Positions 36,539 to 45,835 of a stretch of 54,755 nucleotides of DNA are shown piece after piece (within the stretch, counting starts at the first letter, position 1; each line of letters begins with the position of its first letter). The stretch spans positions 1 through 54,755 of the forward strand of contig JAGTQN010000001.1 in the NCBI GenBank assembly GCA_018396395.1. Direction: 5' to 3'. The notes under the pieces were generated by a model, which had not been told where the DNA came from, did not search any database, and saw only the letters and a program-made list of their open reading frames with translations. The position numbers and the translations under genes are program-made. Source of the DNA: Candidatus Bathyarchaeota archaeon (GTDB taxonomy: Archaea > Thermoproteota > CALKCG01 > B24 > JAGTQN01).

Positions 36539-39500
36539 ATGAATATACGTGCTTTTGTTGTGAAAGCCTCTGACGATGGATTTTTCAGAGTTGAGGAAGC
36601 CATTCGATCAATCGGAGGAAAAGATGCACGAGTGAAGGTGAGCCTGTTCAAAGGTATCAACTTTCCCCTAACCTATCCAATCCCTTCCCGAATCGATGAA
36701 ACTGTTCAGGGATATGTAGGTTTAGGAGAATACGATATCGTCTCCCTGCTGGACGTAGATCCGGGCGTCCTCAGTCCTAAGGAATCTTTAAACTTGGTCG
36801 CCTATGTTGAGAACGGCGGCGGCCTTCTAATCACAGGCGGCCGCCACGCCTTAGGTAACGCAATAGGCTCTTATGAGGCTTTGAAAACCATCCTTCCAGT
36901 TTTTTTGGAAAAGAAGGAAGATGAGGTTAAGGTTGATACCCTCCCTGAAGTCTCCAAGGAGCACCCCATCGTTTATGGAATTCCCCTAGACAGAATTGGG
37001 AGGGTGACGGTCGTTCAACCAGTGATGCCTAAGCCTGACGCCGTAGTCATCCTTAAGGCATCAGGTTACCCCCTCCTCACAGTCTGGGAGCATGGCAAAG
37101 GAAGGGTAGCTGTCCTGTCGACTTACCCCCTCTTCCCCCGCAAGGGAAGGATGCTCATGGAAAAGGAGCTTTTCTTCGCAACCGACTTCTACGATGACTT
37201 ATTGAGGCAGCTTCTCATGTGGCTATCGCGGCGAGACGATAATCTCCTAATTAAGGAATTCTCATGCTCTCCAAGTAGAATCTTCCTAGGGAATCGGATA
37301 GTTGCCAATGCTGTCCTTTCCAGCGAAAAGTCTTCAAAACTTCGGGTGAGGTTCTCCGTTGGGAAGGAAGGCGAACTCTTGGCAGAGGAAGAACGAAGCA
37401 TTATGATCGAAGGTCCAATGAAGCTATCCTTTTCCTATGCCACAGAAGCTCTGCCAAACCTTTCTGGCTTTTTGGAGGCGAAGCTCGAGGTTCTGGAAGA
37501 TGATGGGAAGACTTTAAACCATAGGGACTGGACTGTCGAAGCAAGGAACAGGACGAGGCTTAGTCTCGAGATCGTTTCAAGGAAAGCTGTTGTGGCGCCG
37601 GGTTCATCGCTACAATTAAGCCTTCAAGCAGTTTCGGATGAGGAGGCCCCACCCGCGGAGCTTGAGGCGAAAGTGAAGATCATCGATTTCAGAGGTAAGA
37701 TCGTGTATGAATTCCCTTCCACAAAGATCTCTCTGAGAGATGGTACCTATGGAAGGGCGTCCATTAGCTACGATGTGCCGAACCTAGCCAAGGGAAGGTA
37801 TGAGCTTATCTACGAGCTTATTTCCCACGAGAGATTGGTAGATACTGGTCGGAAGCCTTTTCTGATAGTCGATCCTTTGGATTATGAGGACTTCTATCCT
37901 ATCATCGGAGAAGCCTGGGCCTTCTTCGATGAGGGAATGATAAAAGAATGGATTGAGGATACCATGGCCCATGGCTTCAACACGGTTGCCTTCGGAGGCG
38001 ATGGGATAGGGGATTATCATTGGGAGAAGGAGTATGATTGGGATAGGCTCCAGAACTTCGCAGAAGCCTACTCCCAAGAAAAAGGTTTGGCAGTAGCCAT
38101 CAACTACAGCCTCCTCATCGACTGCCGTAGAGATAGGCCGCCCACGGTCTGCGTGAACAACCCTGACTTTGAAAAGGCGGAGAAGGATTTACTTCTCCGG
38201 CAATTGAATGTAGCAGCGAAAATCCCGAGACTTTACGCCGTTGAGACAGTGGATGAACCCCTTGTTTCGCCAGATTCCGTATGCTACTGCCAATTTTGCA
38301 AGGAGGGATTCCAGAGGAAGTATGGATTAGAAATGCCAATTATGAGTAGGATAAGGGATTACGATGTCGAAACCCGTCTGAAGCTGTACGAATGGCTCAG
38401 CGACTACTGGGCGAAGGGCTTCAGGACGATGTACGAGCTGAAGCGTCAAGCAGGCTTTAGGTTCAATCTTGCCCATACTTTCTGCCAACTCTCCTTCGGA
38501 ACCTTTTGCCCAGAATACTACTATAGAGACAGCTTCGCTTGGGCACCCTACTGCGATATCCTCGACTTCGACGTATATCCATACATGTATCCTATGTGGA
38601 GGGGCTCTGAAAGGCTTAGGTTCCATGCGCTTCATTACCATCTGAGTGCCCACAAGGCCCTCACAAGGTTCTACGGCAAACCTCTTGGATTCTTCGTAGA
38701 GACTACGGAGCGCAACTATCCTATGTATATTCCGCCTGTAAAGGCAAGCAGCGAAATTGCCTACACGGCCATTGCCCACGGTGTCAACTACCTGAAGACT
38801 TTCATAAACGTCCCGTTCACGGGTCCTCCTTCCAACAATGGTCCGAGTGAGGCAAGGTGGGATCAGTTTGGTGAGGAATTGAGGAAGATCAATGCCGTCA
38901 GCCCCCTCTTTACGAAGTGCAAGAAGACTAGGCCACGCTTCGCCATGCTTTTCGCCTTCTCAGACTGGCTACTCAACCATTATCATGCGCCCGGAATGGA
39001 GCGCGGCTGGCCAAAGCATATGGAGGACAGGCCCCTGAACAGGGTTTTTCCTTTCGAGTACACGCCTTGGAATATCTATGAAGCATGTTTCAGGGCCTTC
39101 GGAGAGCTGGAGGTCCTTCATGAAAAGCTCGTCGATGCGGGCGAGCTAAGGAATTATAAAGCTCTAGTCCTCTCCCGCATGAAATTTATACCTGACTCGG
39201 TGGCCGAAGCCATTAAGAGCTTCGTCTCTGAAGGTGGCATCCTCATCTTTGATGGAATACCATCCTTCAACCAGAGGGGAGAGGAGAGGGCATCCCTTGC
39301 TGAACTCGTAGGAGGGGAAGTCGTCGAGTTGAAGGAGGGCTTAGAGGCTAGGAAGGGGATTTATGGGAAGGGAAGGACCCTTTTCTTCAACTTCGATTTT
39401 GACGATGTCTACAGCTCTGCCGTCGAGAGAGGAGACGAGGACCTTATGCGATACCTTGAGAGGATTATCAGGGACTTCCTGTTCAGGGAAGGGCTGAGGC

Positions 39501-40063
39501 CGAATGTTCACTCCACGAACCCTGAGGTCGAGGCTGGCCTCTGGGAAGGTCGAAATACTCTAATCCTCGTTCTTGTCAACCACAGTAGCAAAAGGGAGGA
39601 GTCAAGCCTTACTATCTATAAGCCTGCATTCTTGCCAAACTACGCGTATGATGTTGCCAACCTTGAGGAGATATCCTTTAGGGTAGAGGATGGTGACATT
39701 AAGCTAAACGTAAGGCTAGAGGAAAGGGAGGGAAGGATCGTTGCCTTCTATCCAGAAAGGGTTTTTGGAAACAGAATAGAGGTGGAAACGATGCAGGTAA
39801 AAAGGGGTGAAGATTTATGCTATAGGATCATTGTTGAAGGCCAGAACTGCAATCCCGCGAAAGGACACCATGTTATAGAGGTGACCGTATCGGATCCGGA
39901 GGGAAGGTTCCTAGCACGCTATGGAGGGTTGCATTCCACAACGGACGGAGTATATGAGAAGCGAATACCATTGGCTATAAATGAGCTTGAAGGCATCTGG
40001 ACCATAACGGCCTACGAGAGGTATACGAGGCGAAGGAGTAGAGCTCAATTTCGCGTCGTCTAG
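36539..40063 (+). CDS. Multidomain GH42-like glycosidase homologue (N-terminal GATase1-like domain, Ig-like repeats, TIM-barrel, GH42-type trimerisation-like domain)
   Basis: N-terminal VAYVENGGGLLITGG is a GATase1-like/DUF1355-type motif. The central AHGFNTVAFGG ... AVETVDEPLVSPDSVCYCQFCKEGFQRKYG resembles the GH42 NE-plus-CxC-x2-C block. C-terminal NYKALVLSRMKFIPDSVAEAIKSFVSEGGILIFDG resembles the GH42 trimerisation domain. Confidence 0.55.
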   Translation: MNIRAFVVKASDDGFFRVEEAIRSIGGKDARVKVSLFKGINFPLTYPIPSRIDETVQGYVGLGEYDIVSLLDVDPGVLSPKESLNLVAYVENGGGLLITGGRHALGNAIGSYEALKTILPVFLEKKEDEVKVDTLPEVSKEHPIVYGIPLDRIGRVTVVQPVMPKPDAVVILKASGYPLLTVWEHGKGRVAVLSTYPLFPRKGRMLMEKELFFATDFYDDLLRQLLMWLSRRDDNLLIKEFSCSPSRIFLGNRIVANAVLSSEKSSKLRVRFSVGKEGELLAEEERSIMIEGPMKLSFSYATEALPNLSGFLEAKLEVLEDDGKTLNHRDWTVEARNRTRLSLEIVSRKAVVAPGSSLQLSLQAVSDEEAPPAELEAKVKIIDFRGKIVYEFPSTKISLRDGTYGRASISYDVPNLAKGRYELIYELISHERLVDTGRKPFLIVDPLDYEDFYPIIGEAWAFFDEGMIKEWIEDTMAHGFNTVAFGGDGIGDYHWEKEYDWDRLQNFAEAYSQEKGLAVAINYSLLIDCRRDRPPTVCVNNPDFEKAEKDLLLRQLNVAAKIPRLYAVETVDEPLVSPDSVCYCQFCKEGFQRKYGLEMPIMSRIRDYDVETRLKLYEWLSDYWAKGFRTMYELKRQAGFRFNLAHTFCQLSFGTFCPEYYYRDSFAWAPYCDILDFDVYPYMYPMWRGSERLRFHALHYHLSAHKALTRFYGKPLGFFVETTERNYPMYIPPVKASSEIAYTAIAHGVNYLKTFINVPFTGPPSNNGPSEARWDQFGEELRKINAVSPLFTKCKKTRPRFAMLFAFSDWLLNHYHAPGMERGWPKHMEDRPLNRVFPFEYTPWNIYEACFRAFGELEVLHEKLVDAGELRNYKALVLSRMKFIPDSVAEAIKSFVSEGGILIFDGIPSFNQRGEERASLAELVGGEVVELKEGLEARKGIYGKGRTLFFNFDFDDVYSSAVERGDEDLMRYLERIIRDFLFREGLRPNVHSTNPEVEAGLWEGRNTLILVLVNHSSKREESSLTIYKPAFLPNYAYDVANLEEISFRVEDGDIKLNVRLEEREGRIVAFYPERVFGNRIEVETMQVKRGEDLCYRIIVEGQNCNPAKGHHVIEVTVSDPEGRFLARYGGLHSTTDGVYEKRIPLAINELEGIWTITAYERYTRRRSRAQFRVV

Positions 40064-40208
40064 TCCCTGCCTAAATATATCTTCCTTATGGAACGTGAAG
40101 TAAAAATGGTAATTGACATAATGAAAGCTTCCATATCCATTGAGGAAAAAGCAGTAGCCGAATTCATCCTTTTTTCTTACATCTCATTCCCATCTGATAG
40201 GATAGACC

Positions 40209-42176
40209 CTACGGTACATCCCTGAGGGCTTCAAGCAACTCCCTTAATACTTCAACTGGCGGTGGATGCAGACTCCCCGGTCTAAGCCAACCGTTGCCTA
40301 TGATTCCCTTTCCTTTCAGGCTTTCAACAAGCTTCCATCGAGCTTCGACAGCATCGAGGGCCTCTTTTAGGTAGTCCTTCAGCCTTTCCGAATGGGATAT
40401 GAGCATCTCCTTCCTACGAATGATGCCCTTGGCTATCTCCAGCCAATGCTCAGGATAACTGGGACCAGGTTGAAAATACACGAAGGGATCTATATAGAAT
40501 TCTGGAAGACCAAGGTCCTCGAGTTTCCTCAGGGCCCTTATGGCCTTTATGGTAGCTTCGTTGTAATCGAGTCCAAGCCTTAAGAAATCAAGCCTCTCCT
40601 TGACACGATCATCTTCCACCAATCGATAGGCTTCCTCAAGGTCTCGTCTGCAATCCTCTAGAAGGCCTGGCTTGTAGAAGGCGAGAAGTTGATGGTAAAG
40701 ATGCCGCGGCCCTAGTAGCCTCTCTGAGTCTATGAAGCCCTCCCTCTCCGTGGCTATCCTCCACGCCTCCATCAAGCGGTTGAAGTACTTCTCCACAGCC
40801 TTACCAGCCTTTCTGAAGGCTTTCGAATAGAAGTCTTGTAGGATCTCATCTAGGTCGAGGCTTGAGTCCCAGAGTAGCTTAGCTGCCACATAGTAGTTCA
40901 GCCCGTTTATCGCCCAGTCGTCCACCCATTGAGTGAAGTACATCCTAACACCCTCCTTATGCAGACGCTTTATAGAGGTATCTATAAGGGGTAGGATGAG
41001 GCGGAGCATCTCAGGCCAAGCGGCATTTATATAATATTCATAGATCATGATTCGACTCGCATCGTTATTAGCCGCCCTTATCCATCTTTTCAACCGCTCA
41101 AAGTCCAGCTCGCGCCTTGCGACATTCCAATGCCCGATGCAGGTCATCGTGTACCAGACCACAACGTTCTTGTGAAGACGAAGCCTCCTTGGCGGCTCCA
41201 CATAGTACCAATAAGCCAGCACTATGATGAGTTTGCCAGGATGAGTCTTCTCCAACTCTTCGGCGATCTGATTGGCGAAGATGAACACCCTATTCGTCAT
41301 GGACAGCCCACTCAACGGATCAGCAACAGGAAGGGGTGGGCGATTTGGCGTGTAAGTCTCTCCCGTATCTAACGCTCGACAGTTAGGGCACTCGCAAAAA
41401 CCAGGAGCATCCTCGGGACTCCAGTAGACCCCTGCGAGCTCTGGGTTCTCGTCAAGATACTTGCGAATTCGCTCTACGATAATCCTAAGAACTTCAGGAT
41501 TGCTTGTGCAAAGCTGAGGTTTCGGGGAACTCGTATCCCTCTTTCCTCCCCTTAGGGCGAAGTATTCTGGATGCGTTTCGGCAAACTCCTTATTCCAATC
41601 GAATTCCCAATCTCTTCCGAACTTTACGCTTCCACCAAGCTTGTTGGCTTTTGCCCATAGTTGCATGGACGGGTCTGTAGGCCATGATCCATAAGGCGAG
41701 GGACCCGTTCCTACATCCCGCACAACGAAACTGGGTTCATGACACTCATCAATCTCAGGAATGAGGATTGAACTAGTCTTAGGAACGATTTCCCAAAGCT
41801 CCCCTGGGAAGAACCATCTGATACCAAGATATTTTTCGAGAAAATGGAAGACAGAGAACTGCGTACCATCATCGTCCTTTCCCAGTAAGATAAGGTTCTC
41901 ACCGACGGTCTTGATTATGAAGCCTTCTTGCGCTATTTTTTCGAGGCTTATCACCAACTTCGATACAAATTCAGTATAACCTATATGTATGAGGTTTCCT
42001 TTGAGATCATCTCTATACGTTTGAATAGAAAGTCTCGCTCCCGTGGCCTTTTCGATGTATTTTTGCAATTGATAAGCAGCGAGTCTATCGGTCTCTCTGG
42101 GTTGAGAGGAAAGCACGATGGTAGCATTCGCAGAACCATCCTTTACGAGAAACATGAATAACCCATCTATATTCAA
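40209..42176 (-). CDS. DUF4838-family protein (glycoside-hydrolase-like)
   Basis: ANATIVLSS..AAYQLQKYIEKATGARL..EGFIIKTVGENLILLGKDDDGTQFSVFHFLEKYLGIRWFFPG is the characteristic DUF4838 N-terminus. The Cys motif FCECPNC follows. Confidence 0.6.
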   Translation of the reverse strand: MNIDGLFMFLVKDGSANATIVLSSQPRETDRLAAYQLQKYIEKATGARLSIQTYRDDLKGNLIHIGYTEFVSKLVISLEKIAQEGFIIKTVGENLILLGKDDDGTQFSVFHFLEKYLGIRWFFPGELWEIVPKTSSILIPEIDECHEPSFVVRDVGTGPSPYGSWPTDPSMQLWAKANKLGGSVKFGRDWEFDWNKEFAETHPEYFALRGGKRDTSSPKPQLCTSNPEVLRIIVERIRKYLDENPELAGVYWSPEDAPGFCECPNCRALDTGETYTPNRPPLPVADPLSGLSMTNRVFIFANQIAEELEKTHPGKLIIVLAYWYYVEPPRRLRLHKNVVVWYTMTCIGHWNVARRELDFERLKRWIRAANNDASRIMIYEYYINAAWPEMLRLILPLIDTSIKRLHKEGVRMYFTQWVDDWAINGLNYYVAAKLLWDSSLDLDEILQDFYSKAFRKAGKAVEKYFNRLMEAWRIATEREGFIDSERLLGPRHLYHQLLAFYKPGLLEDCRRDLEEAYRLVEDDRVKERLDFLRLGLDYNEATIKAIRALRKLEDLGLPEFYIDPFVYFQPGPSYPEHWLEIAKGIIRRKEMLISHSERLKDYLKEALDAVEARWKLVESLKGKGIIGNGWLRPGSLHPPPVEVLRELLEALRDVP

Positions 42177-42421
42177 GCTTTAAGAGTTTTTAAACTTTTA
42201 GAAATAAATACTACGGGCTCTATCAAAGGGTCATAGGCTTTTTCACTTAAAGTATCTTTCAAAGAAATTGTTATCACTAGACTAGTTCTAAAGTTTCTTT
42301 ATAGTATTCTTTCCTTTTTTCTTATCCTACTTTTCAAAAAAATAGAAAAATGCTAGGAAGATTAAAATAATGTTTATTAAAAGTAAGAGATACTTAAGTG
42401 ACTAAAAAGAAAGGCTTGGCT

Positions 42422-43183
42422 TCAAAGTTCACCACACACGCAGAAAGCCTCATGGCAAAGGTCGTAGAGGGCTTCCATTCCATACCCTGTTTTAGCGGAG
42501 ACTGGAAGGATGAGGGATGATGCCTTCCAAACCTTTCCATGGATTCCCCAAAGGCCCAAAGCCAAGTCCGTCATGGCTCCAAGCCCTTCCTCGATGATGG
42601 CTTTTTCCATGGCTTTGGGATTCGAGATGAGGGTCTCAATTTTCTTCAGGGCAACCTCTGAAAGCATATCCACCTTATTCAGGACCGTGATGGTTGGAAT
42701 GCCAAGTCTTAGCTGGGTTGCCACCATGAGGGTTGAGGCGACAATGAGGTCCGTTGCCCTCCGGGCTAAGGAGGCATCCAGAACATACACAACAATGGGT
42801 CTTCCAATGCTTCCAAGGGCTTCAACAATCCTAGGGGCGGCCTCCCTGAAGACGAACATCTCCATCTGACCTGGTGTATCTAAAAGGACATGTTCCGCCT
42901 TGAGGCTTGAAAGGGCATTAAGAATTTCTTCAAGATGCTTCTCCATGAGTTCCGCTGCCCTTATCATGGCTCCATTTGGGCCAAGCCTTTCAGATTCCAT
43001 AATCTCGCCGATGGTGAAGAGTTTACGGATGTCAAAGTCGGGCTTAAAGGGAACGTATGTGCAGCCCGGATCAAGGTTTACGCAACCAACCGTGGCGCCC
43101 ATAGCCTCCATCATCCATTCAGCGAAAGAAGCTGTAAGGCTAGACTTTCCAGAGCCCGCCATTCCAACGAAGAGCACATACAA
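42422..43183 (-). CDS. GPN-loop GTPase
   Basis: P-loop VGMAGSGKSS, then VNLDPG, the eponymous LGPNGAMI, DTPGQMEMF and NKVD. Confidence 0.9.
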   Translation of the reverse strand: MYVLFVGMAGSGKSSLTASFAEWMMEAMGATVGCVNLDPGCTYVPFKPDFDIRKLFTIGEIMESERLGPNGAMIRAAELMEKHLEEILNALSSLKAEHVLLDTPGQMEMFVFREAAPRIVEALGSIGRPIVVYVLDASLARRATDLIVASTLMVATQLRLGIPTITVLNKVDMLSEVALKKIETLISNPKAMEKAIIEEGLGAMTDLALGLWGIHGKVWKASSLILPVSAKTGYGMEALYDLCHEAFCVCGEL

Positions 43184-43432
43184 TTCGACATTCCTCTAGG
43201 ACGATTGGGAATTTTCTATGGCTTAAAGTCAGCATTTCCTAACAGAGGGGAGCCTCCCCTAAAGGATTTTGACTAAAAAAGAAGGGAGGGGAGGGATGGT
43301 ATAGGAAACCCAAAATAGGTTCAGTCCCTTTCCTACTACCTTTCACTTATCTATCTATTCACTTCTTTTTTATAAGCTGGATCAAATCCTATATGCATCT
43401 CAAAGGCAGAGAAGGTTTCGTTTCCAAGGTGT

Positions 43433-44569
43433 ATGGACATGTATGATGTTCTATTGAAGGATGGTCTTCTGATAGATCCTTACCAAGGAATACAGGAAAA
43501 AATGGATGTAGCCATATCTGGCGGAAAAGTAGCGGCTTTAGAGCCTCATATAAGCGCCTCTGAAGGAAGGCGCCTTGTTGACGCCTCAGGGCAAATCGTC
43601 ACTCCTGGTTTGATAGATCTCCATGCCCATGTATGCCATGGCATCACTTATCTAAGCGTGGATCCAGAGGCATCCTGTCTTCTAAGGGGTTCCACGACTG
43701 TCGTAGATGCCGGGACGATAGGCGAACTCCTCTTCGAGGGCTTTAGACGATTCATTATAAACGCCTCGAGACCGAGGATATATGCCTTCCTGAATGTAGG
43801 CTCCTTGGGGCTTATCTACTACTTCAGGAAGCAGGAATGGGCTAAGCTGATTCCAGAACCTTCCATGACCCCCCTTTTCGTGAACCTTGAGGATGCTGCA
43901 AGGGTAATCGAGGCAAATAGGGATACGATCGTAGGCATTAAGTGGCACAGCACCTATGGATTGGATCCTGCCCTTCGTTTAGCTAGGGAACTAGCGGACA
44001 GAACTGGCTCTATCCTCATGTGTGAAAACCACCATCAGCCAAATGTCCTAAAGCAAATGAAGCCTGGGGATGTGGTAACCCATATCTTCCATGGGCTCCA
44101 TACTCAGGGGCTTCTTGACGAGGATGGAAAGGTAAGGCCGGAGTTCCATGAAGCCATAAAAAGGGGAATCGTCCTCGATGTCGGGCATGGGGTCGCTAGC
44201 TTCTCCTGGGAAGTCGCCGAGAAGGCGATGGAACAGGGTATAAAGCCCGACACGATAAGCACGGACCTTCACATAAGAAATGTCAATGGTCCTGTCTTTG
44301 ACCTACCGACTACGCTCTCTAAGTTCCTTCTTCTTGGACTTACGCTAGAGGAGGTCATAAGGGCTGCCACAGCCAAGCCCGCTGAAGTTCTTGGAAAAGC
44401 TGGTATCATCGGAACGTTGAAACCTGGAGCCGAGGGCGATGCGGTTGTCTTGAGGCTCGAAGAGGGGCACTTTTCCTTCATGGATACGAAGGGGGTTCAA
44501 AGAATCGGGAAGACCCGCCTCGTTCCGACGGTTACGGTAAGAGGAGGTGAGGTAATCCCACTACGTTAA
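43433..44569 (+). CDS. Amidohydrolase-superfamily metallohydrolase (dihydroorotase/deacetylase-like)
   Basis: MYDVLLKDGLLIDP..DVAISGGKVAAL..VTPGLIDLHAHV is the typical beta-sandwich plus HxH start. VGHG and TDLH occur further downstream. Confidence 0.8.
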   Translation: MDMYDVLLKDGLLIDPYQGIQEKMDVAISGGKVAALEPHISASEGRRLVDASGQIVTPGLIDLHAHVCHGITYLSVDPEASCLLRGSTTVVDAGTIGELLFEGFRRFIINASRPRIYAFLNVGSLGLIYYFRKQEWAKLIPEPSMTPLFVNLEDAARVIEANRDTIVGIKWHSTYGLDPALRLARELADRTGSILMCENHHQPNVLKQMKPGDVVTHIFHGLHTQGLLDEDGKVRPEFHEAIKRGIVLDVGHGVASFSWEVAEKAMEQGIKPDTISTDLHIRNVNGPVFDLPTTLSKFLLLGLTLEEVIRAATAKPAEVLGKAGIIGTLKPGAEGDAVVLRLEEGHFSFMDTKGVQRIGKTRLVPTVTVRGGEVIPLR

Positions 44570-44590
44570 AGGCATAGGGGCATTAATGGT

Positions 44591-44661
44591 TGTAATTAAG
44601 ACACAAAATCCCTGATTAAGAGCGTTATTTTCTTTTTTCGTAGCTTTGTGTCTTAATTACA
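44591..44661. repeat. Perfect 17-bp inverted repeat with 37-nt spacer
   Basis: tgtaattaagacacaaa (44591-44607) pairs with tttgtgtcttaattaca (44645-44661). The spacer contains ttattttcttttttcg. Confidence 0.85.
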
Positions 44662-44789
44662 TCTCTTCATACTGTATAGTTATACTTTCGTATGAAAGTG
44701 AGAAGCTTCAATGAAAAATTTTCTCTAAGGAGCCAGTAGAATAAAAAATCCGTGAATAGGAATTAAGCCTACAAAGGCATTCTCTTCTT

Positions 44790-45610
44790 CTAGAACCAAC
44801 CGAGGGTCTCATCTTTTTTAGCTCTTTTTAGGCCCCATCTAAAGGTTTTATAGCCGATTGGGAAGAGAATTAAAGCGAAGGCAGAACCCTTTAAGAATTC
44901 TAATAGAATTTGAAGATCTGCTATGGATGCTGCCTTAAGCATTGAGAGCCTCCAGAGATGATATACCCATGTCTGTGGCAAGAACCATGAAATTAATGAC
45001 ACTCCTGGAAGAAAGTTATCCAAGAACTGAACTGGAAATGACATTCCAGCAAGCAACTGCTGAAGCGTATTTATAGTCCATGTTATTGGATCCGTTGATT
45101 TTGTGATTAGCCTGAAACCTATGCTTATCATGGAGAGCCCGAGGAGGATCATGGCAGATATTATGAAGGCTAGAAGGATTGATAGGGATTAATTCTGAGG
45201 TTTATGTTGAACCAGAAGATTCCTATGAGTAGTTGCGGTACGAAGGTTATGAGCGAGAATATGTATGGTCAGGCTATCTGTCCGGCTACGAAGATTGGAA
45301 TCGGTATGCCCGTCTAATAATATTCTCTAGAGTCCATGGATTAAGTCTCCTTTCCAATCCATGGGCTATCGGCATAAAAAGGTTGCCTATAACCAAGCCA
45401 ACTACTAAAAAGGATATGTAGTCCCGTTTCATACTCGGGCACGGGTCTATTTCGATAGACGGCGTTTATTGCCCAGCTTAGTATCCCTATCACTATCGTT
45501 ATTAGCTGGGTTATAACTTGGGTCTTATATGTTCTCCAATCTCTAAAATCCCTCTTGGCAAAGGCCAATATTTGCCTTATAGATATCGATGAATCCAAAT
45601 TTTTAATCAT
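44790..45610 (-). pseudogene. ABC-2 type transporter permease, disrupted
   Basis: An N-terminal piece (RDFRDWRTYKTQVITQLITIVIGILSW) and a C-terminal piece (LLAGMSFPVQFLDNFLPGVSLISWFLPQTWVYH) lie in separate ORFs. The gap at 45153-45340 holds no continuous frame. Confidence 0.65.
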
Positions 45611-45719
45611 GAAGTTTCCGTCCCCCTCTTACTAGGGTTATGAACACTTCCTCCAAACTAGGCTCATGATATTCTATATCCCTGTTTCTGAGGCCATGCT
45701 TATCGACAGAAGGATCTCT
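45603..45719 (-). pseudogene. C-terminal stub of the cognate ABC ATPase
   Basis: Only about 38 codons remain (..DIEYHEPSLEEVFITLVRGGRKLHD-stop), preceded by an in-frame TAA. The stop overlaps the permease ATG (atgattaa), as in an intact operon. Confidence 0.6.
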
Positions 45720-45835
45720 CTCTGTATTGAGGTATGTTTAAAGGTTTTTGCTAAACGTTATTGAGACGAAGGCTCTGGCTACACCTTGCGCTCCACGAAA
45801 AAATGCCCGAACGGCTTACCATGGCAATGTTTGTT

